A program made the position numbers and the translations under genes. DNA of 64,000 nucleotides, from assembly GCA_038087875.1 (NCBI GenBank), contig JAXLNO010001544.1, forward strand, positions 1-64,000, written 5' to 3'. Source of the DNA: Malacoraja senta (Eukaryota). The notes under the pieces are model-generated. The model made no database searches, had not been told where the DNA came from, and saw nothing but the letters and a program-made list of their open reading frames with translations. Of the stretch, positions 1 to 12,639 are shown piece by piece; the first letter of the stretch is position 1; every line of letters begins with the position of its first letter.

Positions 1-1500
1 ATAGTGGATGCATTAGTGATAATTTTTCAAAACTCTTTAGATTCTGGAGTAGTTCCTGAGGATTGGAGGGTAGCAAACGTAACCCCACTTTTTAAGAAGG
101 GAGGAGAAGAGGGAAAACGGGGAATTACAGACCAGTTAGTCTAACATCGGTAGTGGGGAAACTGCTAGAGTCACTTATTAAAGATGGGATAACAGCACAT
201 TTGGAAAGTGGTGAAATCATTGGACAAAGTCAGCATGGATTTACGAAAGGTAAATCATGTCTGACGAATCTTATAGAATATTTCGAGGATGTAACTAGTA
301 GAGTGGATAGGGGAGAACCAGTGGATGTGTTGTATCTGGACTTTCAGAAGGCTTTCAACAAGGTCCCACATAAGAGATTAGTATACAAACTTAAAGCACA
401 CGGTATTGGGGGTTCAGTATTGATGTGGATAGAGAACTGGCTGGCAAACAGGAAGCAAAGAGTAGGAGTAAACGGGTCCTTTTCACAATGGCAGGCAGTG
501 ACTAGTGGGGTACCGCAAGGCTCAGTGCTGGGACCCCAGCTATTTACAATTTATATTAATGAACTGGATGAGGGAATTGAAGGCAACATCTCCAAGTTTG
601 CGGATGACACTAAGCTGGGGGGAAGTGTTAGCTGTGAGGAGGATGCTAGGAGACTGCAAGGTGACTTGGATAGGCTGGGTGAGTGGGCAAATGTTTGGCA
701 GATGCAGTATAATGTGGATAAATGTGAGATGATCCACTTTGGTGGCAAAAACAGGAAAGCAGACTATTATCTAAATGGTGGCCGATTAGGAAAAGGGGAG
801 ATGCAGCGAGACCTGGGTGTCATGGTACATCAGTCATTGAAAGTAGGCATGCAGGTGCAGCAGGCAGTGAAGAAAGCGAATGGTATGTTAGTTTTCATAG
901 CAAAAGGATTTGAGTATAGGAGCAGGGAGGTTCTACTGCAGTTGTACAGGGTCTTGGTGAGACCACACCTGGAGTATTGCGTACAGTTTTGGTCTCCAAA
1001 TCTGAGGAAGGACATTATAGCCATAGAGGAAGTGCAGAGAAGGTTCACCAGACTGATTCCTGGGATAGACTTGGCTTATACTCGCTAGAATTTAGGAGAT
1101 TGAGAGGGGATCTTATAGAAACGTACAAAATTCTTATGGGGTTGGACAGGCTAGATGCAGGAAGATTGTTCCCGATGTTGGGGAAGTCCAGGACAAGGGG
1201 TCACAGCTTAAGGATAAGGGGGAAATCCTTTAAGACCGAGATGAGGAAAAACTTTTTCACACAGAGAGTGGTGAATCTCTGGAACTCTCTGCCACAGAGG
1301 GTAGTTGAGGCCAGTTCATTGGCTATATTTAAGAGGGAGTTAGATGTGGCCCTTGTGGCTAAGGGGATCAGGGGGTATGGAGAGAAGGCAGGTACGGGAT
1401 ACTGAGTTGGATGATCAGCCATGATCATATTGAATGGCGGTGCAGGCTCGAAGGGCCGAATGGCCTACTCCTGCACCTATTTTCTATGTATCTATGTATC
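1..1500 (+). mobile_element. CR1-clade LINE, 3' part (RT domain and 3' tail)
   Basis: ORF 153-1088 has RT motifs ([30 protein letters not shown]). The C-terminus continues in another frame (977-1405). CR1 3' UTR and (TCTATG)-type microsatellite tail at about 1480-1500. Confidence 0.93.
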
Positions 1501-1554
1501 TAAAATATACACATTTAAGAAACCCACCACCACTTATTCTCTGTTTATTATCTT

Positions 1555-2145
1555 TTTCTTCTTTCTCCCCTACATTTTGGGTCCGAGTGCTTCCCTTCAC
1601 TGCCTCCTGTCTCCCACATATTCTACTAGCTTTCTCTATTTGAGTCCCTCCCCCCAACCGTTCTTGTTTAGTCTCCCCAGTAGCCTTTGCAAATCTCCCC
1701 GCCAGGATATTGGTCCCCCTCGGGTTCAAGTGCAACCCGTCCTTTCTGTACAGGTCACACCTTCCCCAAAAGAGGTCCCAATGATCCAGAAATTTGAATC
1801 CCTGCCCGCTGCACCAGTTCCTCAGCCATTCCACCAGTTCCTATATAATCTGCAAACTCATAATATGCAGAAATTTAGGAAATTTAACCATAAGAGAAAA
1901 AGGATGAACAGCATGAAAATATCCTCTGGGACTGACAGACATGAACCATTGTTTATATTCCAAAGTAGCTTTATGAGGCTGGTCATGACACACAATAACT
2001 CCAGTCTTAGTTAATAGACAATTGGTGCAGGAGTAGGCCATTCGGCCCTTCAATGTGATCATGGCTGATCATCCCCAATCAGTATCCCGTTCCTGCCCTC
2101 TCCCCATATCTCCTGACTCCGCTATCTTTAAGAGCCCTTTCTAGT
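1555..2145 (-). mobile_element. CR1 fragments (ORF1 esterase region and a 3' tail piece)
   Basis: ORF 1484-1834(-) contains WLRNWCSGQGFKFLDHWDLFWGRCDLYRKDGLHLN, the SGNH-esterase end of CR1 ORF1. 2010-2145 is the reverse complement of the CR1 3' UTR. Confidence 0.8.
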
Positions 2146-2896
2146 CTTGATCCACTGCAATTCACCTACCACCACAACAGGTCCACAGCAGACACCATTT
2201 CCCTGGCTCTGCAACACCAGGTTAACAAGGACACCTCAATAATGCTTTATTTGTCACGTATGCAACTGCACAGAGAAATTCCTCTTGCACATTCTACACA
2301 TGCGGGCGCCGACATTATTGCCGCTATTATGTCCATTCGGGCCCCACGCTCGATGCACTGGAGCATCATTCCTCTCCTCTCCTTTCCTTCTCTGGCCATC
2401 TTTGTGTCCTGGTGGTACCTCCTGCAGCCAACCTTGAAGGAGCTGGAGGCATTACCCCGGTTCACCCTCCTACACCGGTCCTTGCCCCTTGCGTCCGACT
2501 TCTCCAGCTCCATCCTGGTTACGTTGTTCGCCAAGTCTTTGCCAAACCTACACCAGACTCCTATTATTATTCACCATAGCTTCACCTTGAACACCATAAG
2601 TCCAGACAAATGAGAGAGTGTGGGTCTCTGATGATGCTGGCTCCCTTTATGAGGCAGCGACTCCTGTAGATCCCTTTGATGGTGGAGAAGTCAATACCCG
2701 TGATAGACTGGGCAGTGTTCACCACTTTTTACAATCTTTTTCATTCCTGGATGCGGGGCCGGATTTAGATGAAGAGAGGCCCTAGGCTGTTCCACTTGTG
2801 AGGCCCCTCCCAATCCCCCACCCCCACGACTAGAGGAAGATGTTCCACCAGATTGACCCAGAGGCAATCTGACCTAGAGGCCCAGGAGCAGTTGGA

Positions 2897-3062
2897 GCAG
2901 CGTCCGGGAGGTGAGTTTAAAAATCGAGCACGGGGCTTTGTTCTACAGAGGCCCAGGAGAGGGTGGAGCGGCTGGTGCAGCGTCCGGGCGGTGAGTTTAA
3001 AAATCGAGCACGGGGCTTTGTTCCACAGAGGCCCAGGAGAGGGTGGAGCGGCTGGTGCAGCG
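2897..3062 (+). repeat. 80-bp direct tandem duplication in CR1 5' region
   Basis: gcagcgtccggg(a/c)ggtgagtttaaaaatcgagc... starts at 2897 and 2977, with a third partial start at 3057. Confidence 0.85.
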
Positions 3063-3201
3063 TTGCCCACTCTGCAACGTTCCATCACACTTCAAAATAA
3101 GTGGTCTAGAGGAAGCCGCTGATTGGTGGAAGTGGACTAGAGGAAGCATCTGATTGGGAGTAACCCCAGGTTTGTATTTCTGCTTTCTGTTCGTACTTTT
3201 T

Positions 3202-3457
3202 AGTTAAGGGTTCAGCGAGTTAAGGGTTCAGCGAGTTAAGGGTTCAGTGAGTTAAGGGTTCAGTGAGTTAAGGGTACAGTGAGTTATGGGTACAGTGAGT
3301 TAAGGGTACAGTGAGTTAAGGGTACAGTGAGTTAAGGGTTCAGTGAGTTAAGGGTACAGTGAGTTAAGGGTTCAGTGAGTTAAGGGTTCAGTGAGTTAAG
3401 GGTACAGTGAGTTAAGGGTACAGTGAGTTAAGGGTACAGTGAGTTAAGGGTACAGTG
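3202..3457 (+). repeat. 16-bp minisatellite AGTTAAGGGT(T/A)CAGTG, 16 copies
   Basis: Read directly: 256 bp with variants TTCAGCG, TTCAGTG and TACAGTG. Lies upstream of CR1 ORF1. Confidence 0.95.
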
Positions 3458-6112
3458 CTTTTTAGTAAAGGTACAGTTTAAAGGATTACGATTTTTATAG
3501 TGGGAGTGAGTTGATTTAATTTGGGGGTAAGCCATGTCAGTTGAGATCGGCCCCATGCATTGCTCATCCTGCAACATGTGGGAGATCAGGGATATGGTCG
3601 GTGTCCCTGGTGACTACGTGTGTAGGAAGTGTGTCCAGCTGCAGCTCCTGGCAGACCACATTGAACGGTTGGAGCTGCGGTTGGATTCATACTGGAGCAT
3701 CCACGATGCTGAGAAAGTCGTGAATAGCATATACAGTGAGTTGGCCACACCGCAGGTAAAAGTTAAGCGGACAGAAAGGGAACGGGTGGCCACTAGCCAG
3801 CGTAGCAGTAGGCAGGTAGTGCAAGAGTCCCCTGCGGTCATCTCCAACAGATATACCATTTTGGATACTATTGAGGAAGATGGCTCATCAGGGGAAGGCA
3901 GCAGCAGCCAAGTTCATGGCACCGTGGGTGGCTCTGCGGCACAGGAGGGGAGGAAAAAGAGTGGAAGGGCTATAGTAATAGGGGATTAAAATATAAGGGG
4001 AATAGATAGGCGTTTCTGCTGCCGCAAACGAGACTCCAGGATGGTATGTTGCCTCCCTGGTGCAAGGGTCAGGGATGTCACTGAGCGGCTGCAGAACATT
4101 CTGGAGGGGGAGGGTGAACAGCCAGTTGTCGTGGTGCACATTGGAATTTAGGGAGCTAGGAGATAAACTTAAAAGTAGGATCTCAAAGGTAATAACCTCT
4201 GGATTACTACCAGTGCCATGTGCTTGTCAGAGTAGAAATAGGAGGATATTGCAGATTAATACGTGGCTTGAAAAATGGTGAAAGTGGGAGGGATTCAAAT
4301 TTCTAGGGCATTGGAACCAGTTCTGGGGGAGGTGGGACCAGTACAAACAGGACGGTCTGCACCTGGGCTGGAATGGAACCAATGTCCTTGGGGGAGTGTT
4401 TGCTAGTGCTGTCGGGGAGGATTTAAACTAATGTGGCAGGGAGATGGGAGAATGAGCAGAGAGACAGAGGGGTGTAAAATGAGGGTAGAAGCAATAGGTA
4501 GCAAGGTGAAAAGTAAAAGTGGCAGGCAGACAAATCCAGGGCAAAAATCAAAAAGGGCCCCTTTTCAATATAATTGTATAAGTGGTAAGAGTGTTGTAAA
4601 AACAAGCCTGAAGGCTTTGTGTCTCAATGCAAGGAGCATTCGTAATAAGGTGGATGAGTTGAACGTGCAGATAGTTGTTAATGAATATGATATAGTTGGG
4701 ATCACGGAGACATGGCTCCAGGGTGACCAAGGATGGGAGCTGAACATCCAGGGATATTCAATATTCAGGAGGAATAGACAGAAAGTAAAAGGAGGTGGGA
4801 TAGCATTGCTGGTTAGAGAGGAGATTAACGCAATAGAAAGGAAGGACATTAGCTTGTAGGATGTGGAATCGATATGGGTAGAGCTGCGAAACACTAAGGG
4901 GCAGAAAACTCTAGTGGGAGTTGTGTACAGGCCACCTAACAGTAGTAGTGGGGTTGGGGATGGCATCAAACAGGAAATTAGAAATGCATGCAACAAAGGT
5001 AAAACAGTTATAATGGGTGACTTCAATCTTCATATAGATTGGGTGAATCAAATTGGCAGGGGTGCTGAGGAAGAGTATTTCTTGGAATGTATGCGGGATA
5101 GTTTTCTAAACCAACATGTAGAGGAACCAAAGAGAGAGCAGGCTATTCTAGACTGGGTATTGAGTAATGAGGAAGGGTTAGTTAGCAGTCTTGTTGTGCG
5201 TGGCCCCTTGGGCAAGAGTGACCATAATATGGTTGAGTTCTTCATTAGGATGGAGAGTGACATTGTTAATTCAGAAACAAGGGTTCTGAACTTAAAGAAA
5301 GGTAACTTTGAGGGTATGAGACGTGAATTGGCCAAGATAGACTGGCAATTGATTCTTAAAGGGTTGACTGTGGATATGCAATGGAAGGCATTTAAAGACT
5401 GCATGGATGAACTATGAACTATCCTGCACCTGTTTTCTATGTTTCTATGACACCGATTTGCAGCCGAGCGTGGCCAATGAGATAAGGGGCTGGAAAGCTG
5501 CGTGTTTTATTTATTTATTTATTACTATTGCTAGTGTCGAGTCACCGGCTAAAAAAACTATTATTCTGAAATGGAGGGCAGATAAAATTACTGAAGGGTT
5601 GTTTAGAGACTACAGTGCGTTGTGACAGCATATGTAAGATAGGCCTAAGCCAGTGTCAAAAATATTGCAGGGTTCTCACTTAATTTTTTTTCTCTGTTGT
5701 CAACCAGGCAACCTTGGCAGCTTTTTAAGTTGCCAAATGACAGTTTAGGTGGTCATTTAAGACGGCTTGCATGACGCGTGCGATAATGTGCTCTGATGAA
5801 GTGCATAGTTACCAGTCGGAATTATGCTCAATGAAGCATTCACATATTATTTCTGCTTCAAATAAAGTCACAAACTAAACATATTCACCAATCAAGACAT
5901 GATATATACCACAATGACATGCAGCAAATTTATAATACAGTATCTCAACTCTTTTTACACATTGCAATGAATGCAATCTATATTACTAAAAGTCTCATCT
6001 TGACCAATTCCTGTTGCACTTTATATTGATTTTAGAAAAAACGCTGCCACTTACGGCTGTGATTTTTGGCCATCTTACTCAGAGTCCACCTCCGCTGCGC
6101 AGGACAAGAGGA

Positions 6113-7200
6113 TTTTTCCCATCGATTACTTCATTATCCACAACACCACCTATCTTAGTATCATCTCCATACTTACTAATCCAATTTACCACACCATCAT
6201 CCAGATCATTGATGTATATGACAAACAACAGTGGACCCAACACAGATCCCTGAGGCACTCCACTAGTCACCGGCCTCCAACCTGACAAACAGTTATCCGC
6301 CATTACTCTCTGGTATCTCCCATTCAGCCACAGTTGAATTTGTCTTGCTACTCCACTATTAATACCCAACAATTGAACCTTCTTAACCAACCTTCCATGT
6401 GGAACCTTGTCAAAGGCCTTACTGAAGTCCATATAGACAACATCCACTGCTTTACCCTCATCAATGTCCCTAGTAACCTCTTCAAAAAATTCAAACATGA
6501 CCTTCCAGGCACAAATCCATGTTGACTGTTCCTAATCAGACCCTGTTTATCCAGATGATTATATATATTATCTCTGAGTATCCTTTCCATTAATTTGCCC
6601 ACCACTGACGTCAAACTAACAGGTCTATAATTGCTAGGTTTACTCTTAGAACCCTTTTTAAACAATGGAACAACATGCGCAGTACGCCAATCCTCCGGCA
6701 CCATTCCCATTTCTAATGGCATTTGAAATATTTCTGTCTAGCCCCTGCTATTTCTACACTAACTTCCCTCAATGTCTTAGGGAATATCCTGTCAGGACCT
6801 GGAGACTTATCCACTTTTATATTTTTCAAAAGTGTCAGTACTTCCTCTTCTTTGATCCTCATAGTTTCCATAGCTACCCTACTTGTTTCCCTTACCTCAC
6901 ATAATTCAATATCCTTCTCCTTGGTGGTTCTTGGTTCTTGGTTTCTTGGTCCTCCAAAATATTCCAAATGGAATTTAAACTGGAGGTGGTGGAGGGAGGA
7001 TCGAATACCGAAGAAAATAAATTGTTCAATATCTCCCCCATCTCTTTTGGCTCTGCAGATAGCTGTCCAATCTGACTCTCTAATGGACCAATTTTATCCC
7101 TCGTTATCCTTTTGCTATTAATATAGCTGTAGAAACCCTTTGTATTTACTTTCACCTTACTTGCCAAAGCAACCTCATATCTTCTTTTAGCTTTTCTAAT
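6113..7200 (-). mobile_element. CR1-clade RT fragments
   Basis: ORFs 6079-6498(-) ([24 protein letters not shown]), 6348-6722(-) (NYRPVSLTS) and 6713-7167(-), with frameshifts and deletions. Confidence 0.85.
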
Positions 7201-7796
7201 GTGGACTGTTTCTCTAGAGCATCCGAGGCTGGGGCAATCTAATGGAACATTTATAAAATTCTGAGGCAGAGTACCTTTATATCTGAGGAAACCTATTCTC
7301 TCACTAGTTACCCTCTTTCCTTTAATGAACTTTTGGACGAGTCATAGTGTTACAAAGCACGGAAACAGATCCTTCAGTCCAAATTTCCCAAGTTGACCAC
7401 AAGATGTTCCATCTGCACTTGTTCCACTGGCCCAGGCTTACCCCAGATCTCTCTAAACCTTTACTATCCATGTACCTGTCCAAATGTATTTTAAATGCAG
7501 TTATCGTACCTGCCTTAACTACCTTTTCTGTCAGATCATTCTATATATCCACCATCCTCTGTTTGAAAAAGTTGCCCCTGTTTTCCATTGAATCTTTCCT
7601 CTCTCGCCTATGTCCTCTGGTTCTTGATTCACCATACACTGGGTAACAGACACTGTGCATTCACACTACCTATCCCCCTCATGATCCTACAAATCTCTAT
7701 AAAATAATCCCTCGGCCTCCTGGGCTCCAAGGAATAAAGTCCTGGCCAGCCCAACCTCTTGCTAATAAATCTGCTCAGCACACTTTCTCGCTTAAC

Positions 7797-7923
7797 AACT
7801 GAGGAGCAGGATTAAGAAGGAAATCAGGAGGGAAATAAGGGGGAGGAGATACAATATTATGTCAGATGTATCTCCTCCCACTTATTTCCCGCCTGATTTC
7901 CTTCTTAATCCTGCTCCTCAGTT
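7797..7923. repeat. 57-bp inverted repeat with a 13-nt loop
   Basis: 7797-7853 is the reverse complement of 7867-7923 with 2 mismatches. The right arm is the edge of an antisense CR1 remnant. Confidence 0.9.
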
Positions 7924-8489
7924 CTCAAAACCGCTCCGGGAATGCGCAATCCTTGCTGCCTATACCTGGCTCTTGCTTCTTCCTTCTTCCTGACAAACTC
8001 AATTTCTCTCCTTATCCAAGCTTCCTTACTCCCACCTGCCTTGCCTTTCACTACAACAGGAATAGGCAAACCCTGAATTCTTCTCATCACACTTGTATAA
8101 GCCTATTATAAGCAACTTTAGCAAGTTCCTATCTGATACCAAAGTTCGCCTTGCCCCAATTCAGAATTGTAACTAGTGGGACCACCCTGTGGTTATCCAT
8201 AACTATATTAAAGCTAATAGACCAGTGGTCGCTGGTCCCAAAAGGCTCACCAACTTACACTTCAGTCACTTGCTCTTCCCAATTTTCCTAATAAAAGGCG
8301 AAAATTAATCAGAGCATTTGGTTTTGTTCCAACATTTGAATCCGGAAAATGTGCATGAACATCAGCGGTGACTATAAGGATTGACCCTCAGAACATCTGA
8401 AACTTACATCTGTGACCATCGTCGATGCATCCAGAGAGAATGGTGAAAACTACTCTGATGATCTGCCTACAGTTTGAGAGTACATTTTC

Positions 8490-8658
8490 AGTGGTTTCCA
8501 CTGCCCACTTTCCCCATGACTTCCTCTTTACACTCCACGCATTTGTGATAAAACAATCTTGTGGGGAAGTAGAAGAGGACAGTCACTTCTAAAACAGCAA
8601 CGGGAACATCGAGTCTGAATGAACAGAAGTCTAATCCTTGCAAATCAAGTTTAACAAC
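8490..8658 (+). promoter_or_regulatory. Putative haematopoietic promoter/5' UTR of the VJ-VJ receptor gene
   Basis: PU.1/ETS sites ACTTCCTCTTT (8519-8529) and GGGGAAGT (8563-8570), IRF-like CACTTTCCCC (about 8507-8515), TGATAA (8546-8551) and near-RUNX GTGGTTT (8491-8497), all within 170 bp of the leader ATG. Motif matching only. Confidence 0.5.
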
Positions 8659-8707
8659 ATGTTTGCACTGATATTCTCCACCTTGACTCTGTTCCTCTGT
8701 GCAGTGG
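8659..8707 (+). CDS. Leader (signal peptide) exon MFALIFSTLTLFLCAV-G
   Basis: ATG in aacATG context followed by 16 mostly hydrophobic codons and a phase-1 donor G|GTAAGT at 8708. The phase matches the V1 exon acceptor. The link across 24.6 kb is inferred. Confidence 0.75.
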
Positions 8708-9519
8708 GTAAGTACAGTCCCAGGATGGGTCGCCCAGTCTGGGTTAGTTTCATCTGCTTTCAAGTTCAATTTACATATTGCAGTGATGAGTATCTACGAT
8801 TTTACAGTTGAATATTTCTGTTTAAAATTGAGATGTTTTGTGTTCTTGGTTCTCTGTGAGAAGGACACTGAAGTGTACTGCTCTGGAGTTGCTACCCAGC
8901 ATGGATATCAATTTGTTTCACTGCTTTGCTAATCAAGGTTTAGAAGTCATCTGAGGCTGTTCTGATTCATCTCTGAGCAAATTATTCGGCTGAAATGTCA
9001 GAAGATAGGAAACACGTGTACATTTGCAACCCATATCTAAACGAAATGCATGATACAAATGCAAGAAAGAGTGGTGATTAAACAGGCAGATGTAATGGAG
9101 GGAAGAAAAGTAATGAGATGTATGAAGGGGATATAATAACGAGAAGAGTGTTTATTTTTCATATGCGGCGGAAGTGGACTGGAGCAATTAAATTCTTACT
9201 TACATTAATCTGTACGAAGTTTGTACATTCTCTGTGTGACCATGTGGGATTTCTCCGAGTGTTTTGGTTTCTTCCTACACTCCAAAAACATACACGTTTG
9301 TACATTAATTGGCTTTGGTAAAATTGTAAATTGTCTCCAGTGTGTACGGGGTGATCACTGGTTGACGCGTACTCAGTGGGGCAAAGGGGTTGATTCCGCG
9401 TTGTATCTCTATAATAAAGATTAGTCAGAACAGCAACAACAAGTGCGCCATAACTTATCTAACTAAACAAGATGATGATAAAGCATTACCAAAGTATGTA
9501 AAGTAACCACAGTCATGCA

Positions 9520-10500
9520 AAGTCTGTTCAGTGCTGAGATAGGGTTGTGGTTAGAGTGTACAAATTAATTCAAAAACCTGTTGGTTGATTGGAAAAAGCT
9601 GTTCTTGTACCTGGTGGTAACAATTCTCGGGCTCCAGCACCTGCTTCCCGGTGAGAAGAGAGTGTGGGCTGGATGGTGTGGGTCTTGACAATATTAGCTG
9701 TCTTCTTGAGGCATCGCTTCCTGTAGTTCCCTTCGATGGTGTGGAGGCCAGTATCGATGATGGACTGGGCAATGTCCACTGCATTTTGCTGCTTCCTTAA
9801 TTCCTGAGCATTCAGATTTTCAAACGAGGCCATGATGCAACTAGCTAGTAACCTGTCCACTATACACTTGTGGAGGTTTGATAGAGTATTGGGCAACGTG
9901 CCAATTCTCCTCAAACCTCTGAGGAAGTAGAAGCATTGGTGAGCTTTCTTTGTGATTGCACCAGTGTTCTGGGCTCAGGACAGACCATCAGAGATGTGAA
10001 AGCCCAGGAACATGAAACCTTTAACTCTTTCTCCATTGCCATTCCACCAACATGGACAGGTGCATAGTCCCTTGGCTTTCTGTTCTTGAAGTCAATAACC
10101 TGTTCCTTTTTCTTGCTGATGCTGAGAGCAAAATTCTTGTTCTGGCACCACTCAACTAAATTATCTTTCTCCCTCCAGTACCCTGACTCAGCATTAGCCA
10201 TTACTCATCTAAGGATGGTGGTATCATTGGAGAATTTAAAGATGGCTTTGGAGCTGCGTCTGGCTACACAGTCACGGGTATATAGAGGGTAGAGCAGGGG
10301 GTTGAACACACAGCTTTGAGGTGCCCCTGTGCTGATGGTCAAGGAGGCGGAGATATTGTTGCCAGTACATACTGACTGAGGTCCACCAATGGGGAAGTCG
10401 AGCAACCAGTTGAATAAGGTGGAGCAGAGACCCAGATCCCTGAGTTTGGACAGGATGGAACGCTGTGCCTCAGTCAATGAACAATAGCCTGACGTATATG
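9520..10500 (-). mobile_element. Degenerate Rex1/Babar-type LINE fragment
   Basis: Antisense ORFs 10205-10507, 9911-10201 and 9570-9914 (STGAPQSCVFNPLLY, FKFSNDTT, LVEWCQNKNFALSISK) parallel the Rex1 copy at 17500. Confidence 0.7.
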
Positions 10501-11369
10501 TTTTCATTAAAAGCCAGTGTGATGAATATCAGATCCAATGACAAAAAATTTTATAAATCTATTAGGAGAGAGAACATTGGCCAGGGATAAATTTTGGCCC
10601 AATAAAGAGATACAGGCAAAAGACTGCAGAAGCAGGAAGGATAATAACACAAAAGCCAGGAACACTCAGCAGCTCAGAGCCGTGGGTGGGGAGAGAAACC
10701 GAGTTAGTTTCAGGCATATTAACATTCATCAGATTTAATAAAGTCAAACCCAGGCAAGATTTTCAAATAGATCATGGAAATGACGGATCATGAGGAGAAA
10801 TTCTGTATTCCATAACAAAAACGGACAGATTTTAACACACACAGTAAAGAGTCATAGAGTCATACAGCACGCAAACAGGGCGTGTAGGAAGGAACTGCAG
10901 ATGCTGGTTTAAACCGAAGATAGACACAAAAAGCTGGAGTAACTTAATGGGTCAGGCAGCATCTCTGAAGAAAAGGAGTAGGTGCCATTTCGGGTCGAGA
11001 CCCTTCTACAGATTGAGATTGAGGGGAATGGGAAACGAGGAATATTGATGGTGATATGGAGAGATGTAGAAATAGATTCAGTCTAACCCATCTGTGCTGA
11101 CCAAGATGCCCTAACTACGCTAGTCACATTTGCCCATGTTTGCTCACATCCCTCAAACCCTTTCCTATATGTGTTTGTCCAAATGCCTTATAAATGTTGA
11201 ATTGCACATGACTCAACCACTTCCTCTGCCAGCATGTTCCATGTACAAAACACCACCTACAGGCCCTTCTAGTTCCTATTGAATTATTCCCCTCTCACTT
11301 TAAACCTATGCTCTCTTGTTTTTGATTACCCTCCCCTGGGAAAAAGACTGTGTGCTTTCATCCTATCTA

Positions 11370-11750
11370 TGAAACATATAAGATTGTTAAGGGTTTGCAC
11401 ACGCTAGAGGCAGGAAACATGTTCCCGATGTTGGGGGAGACCAGAACCAGGGGCCACAGTTTAAGAATAAGGGGTAAGTCATTTAAAATGGACATGAGAA
11501 AATACTTTTTCTCACAGAGAGTTGTGTGTGTGGAATTCTCTGCCTCAGAGGGTGGTGGAGGCTGGTTCTCTGGATACTTTCAAGAGAGCTAGATAGGGTT
11601 CTTAAAGATTGCGGAGTCAGGGGATATGGGGAGAAGGCAGGAACGAGGTATTGATTGGGAGTGATCAGCCACGATCATATTGAATGGCGGTGCTGGCTCG
11701 AAGGGTCGAATGACCTACTCCTGCACCTATTGTCTATTGTCTATTGTCTA
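11370..11750 (+). mobile_element. CR1 3' end
   Basis: YETYKIVKGL...RTRGHSLRIRG, CR1 3' UTR and (CTATTGT)n tail. Confidence 0.85.
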
Positions 11751-12639
11751 TGTCCCTCGTGATTTTGTACAGCTCAATACGATCACCCCTCAGGAATAAG
11801 GAAATCTCCATATGGAACAATGTCGTTGCTTACCCTTCGTCTCCCTATAACACAGTCTCTCGAGTCCTGGTGACCTCCGTGTAAATAATTTCTTCACTTT
11901 TTCCAGCTTAACATAAGTTATACAAAATGTATTATTTAGAAGAAACATTGGTGGACAAACAATTACCCAAGACCTGATCCTTTCCTGCCCAGGATATGAA
12001 AATAAATAAGCAAGCCAGCTGCAAACACATTATAATTTTCCAAACTTTTCTACAATACTCCTTAATTGGAAAATTAAAATGGCCCTGTATAAATGTTGTG
12101 TTACCCTTATACGTACTTAAGCCCTATAACAATACAGTTACCACACTGTACGTGCGTGTTTGCTTTCAGTAACTGATGTTTAGATGCATCAAAGATCCTT
12201 TCTAATCAGCATTTCCCAATCCATGACAACCAAGAAATTGCCGATTCTGCTAACATGAAATAAAACCACCAAATGCTGGAAACCCTAAGCAGGTTTGTCT
12301 GCATCTGTGGAAAGAGAGACAGTACACATTTCAAGCTGCGATCCTTGGTCAGAACTGGGAAAGAGAAAAGGTAATAATAAGGAACCGCAGATGCTGGTTT
12401 ATACCAAAGATAGACACAAGATGCCACAGTAACTCGAGTAGGCCAGGCAGAATCTCGGGGAAAATTGGAAAGGTGACGTTTCAGGTCAGGAGAAGTATCC
12501 TGACCCAAGACTACCTGAGATGCTCCTGAGAAAATATAAGTTTGTTTTATGTCTTAGAGAATGTGAGGGTGGGATGGAAAGGCCAAAGAGAATATCTCTG
12601 ATGTGGCACGACCAAATTTGTTGATGCGACAATTTGGAA

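Larger units (their letters stand above)
2860..5450 (+). mobile_element. CR1 LINE: 5' UTR, ORF1 and APE endonuclease, with RT deleted and a 3' tail attached
   Basis: ORF1 pieces at 3534-3989 (CSSC...CRKC zinc finger) and 4060-4281. ORF2 endonuclease at 4431-4859 and 4863-5417 (LNARSIRNK, GITETWL, MGDFN, SDHN). At about 5412 the sequence jumps to a CR1 tail (cctgcacctgttttctatgtttctatg). The 5' boundary is approximate. Confidence 0.85.

Noticed and set aside
3202-3457. CRISPR-like array
   Set aside because: Head-to-tail repeats with no unique spacers, in a vertebrate context.
8488-8769. Minus-strand 93-aa ORF with a YQC motif as a possible Ig domain
   Set aside because: It is antisense to the promoter and leader exon, with no Cys-Trp spacing or splice signals.
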